A stretch of 64,000 nt of DNA from the IMG/VR virus record IMGVR_UViG_3300017763_003980. One strand, written 5' to 3'. This document shows, piece by piece, positions 64,000-64,000 of this stretch; position 1 is the first letter of the stretch; every line of letters begins with the position of its first letter. The position numbers and the translations under genes were made by a program. Source of the DNA: a virus. Taxonomy: Duplodnaviria > Caudoviricetes. Under the pieces are notes generated by a model. It saw nothing but the letters and a program-made list of their open reading frames with translations, was not told the DNA's origin and made no database searches.

Positions 64000-64000
64000 G

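Noticed and set aside
1-64000. CRISPR arrays, tRNA/rRNA genes, IS elements, integrase, alternative genetic code
   Set aside because: Intergenic gaps are nearly all about 100 nt or less with no repeat-spacer or cloverleaf pattern; no transposase or integrase motifs; genes tile cleanly under code 11, including TAG and TGA stops

Overview
AT-rich, almost fully coding segment of a large T4-like dsDNA tailed phage. It is not a bacterial chromosome: it carries a family-B DNA polymerase, T4 RNase H-like nuclease, tail-fibre-like gene and late-promoter-like ATAAATA boxes, and no rRNA, tRNA, CRISPR or mobile element. It has four blocks. (1) About 0.5-17.4 kb (+): glycan synthesis/decoration island with 4 DxD GT-A-like and 4 GT10-like glycosyltransferase paralogs, UDP-sugar dehydrogenase, short DegT, acetyltransferase, SGNH protein, methyltransferase and 3 radical SAM paralogs. 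(2) About 17.4-28.2 kb, mixed orientation: a BGC-like tailoring cluster with six 2OG-Fe(II) oxygenases (one EctD-like), GNAT, small kinase, fatty-acid desaturase, B12 radical SAM, PP-loop ATPase, ATP-grasp ligase and PanD, next to a tail-fibre gene. (3) About 29.8-54.7 kb (-): MoxR/VWA, more oxygenases, nitrilase, RNase H, and a 7-deazaguanine DNA-modification locus (folE, queE, QueD-like, dpdA) interleaved with a GT-B glycosyltransferase, PRTase and HIT protein, followed by a putative clamp, NDP-sugar enzymes and DNA polymerase. (4) About 54.8-64 kb (-): basic modular proteins with T4-like capsid-targeting N-termini and a partial ClpA. The strongest leads are a possible glycosylated or otherwise atypical deazaguanine DNA modification, a PanD + ATP-grasp operon, leaderless late transcription with a T4-style RBS hairpin switch, and protease-processed internal-head polyproteins. 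All functional calls come from motif reading by eye; no database searches were run.
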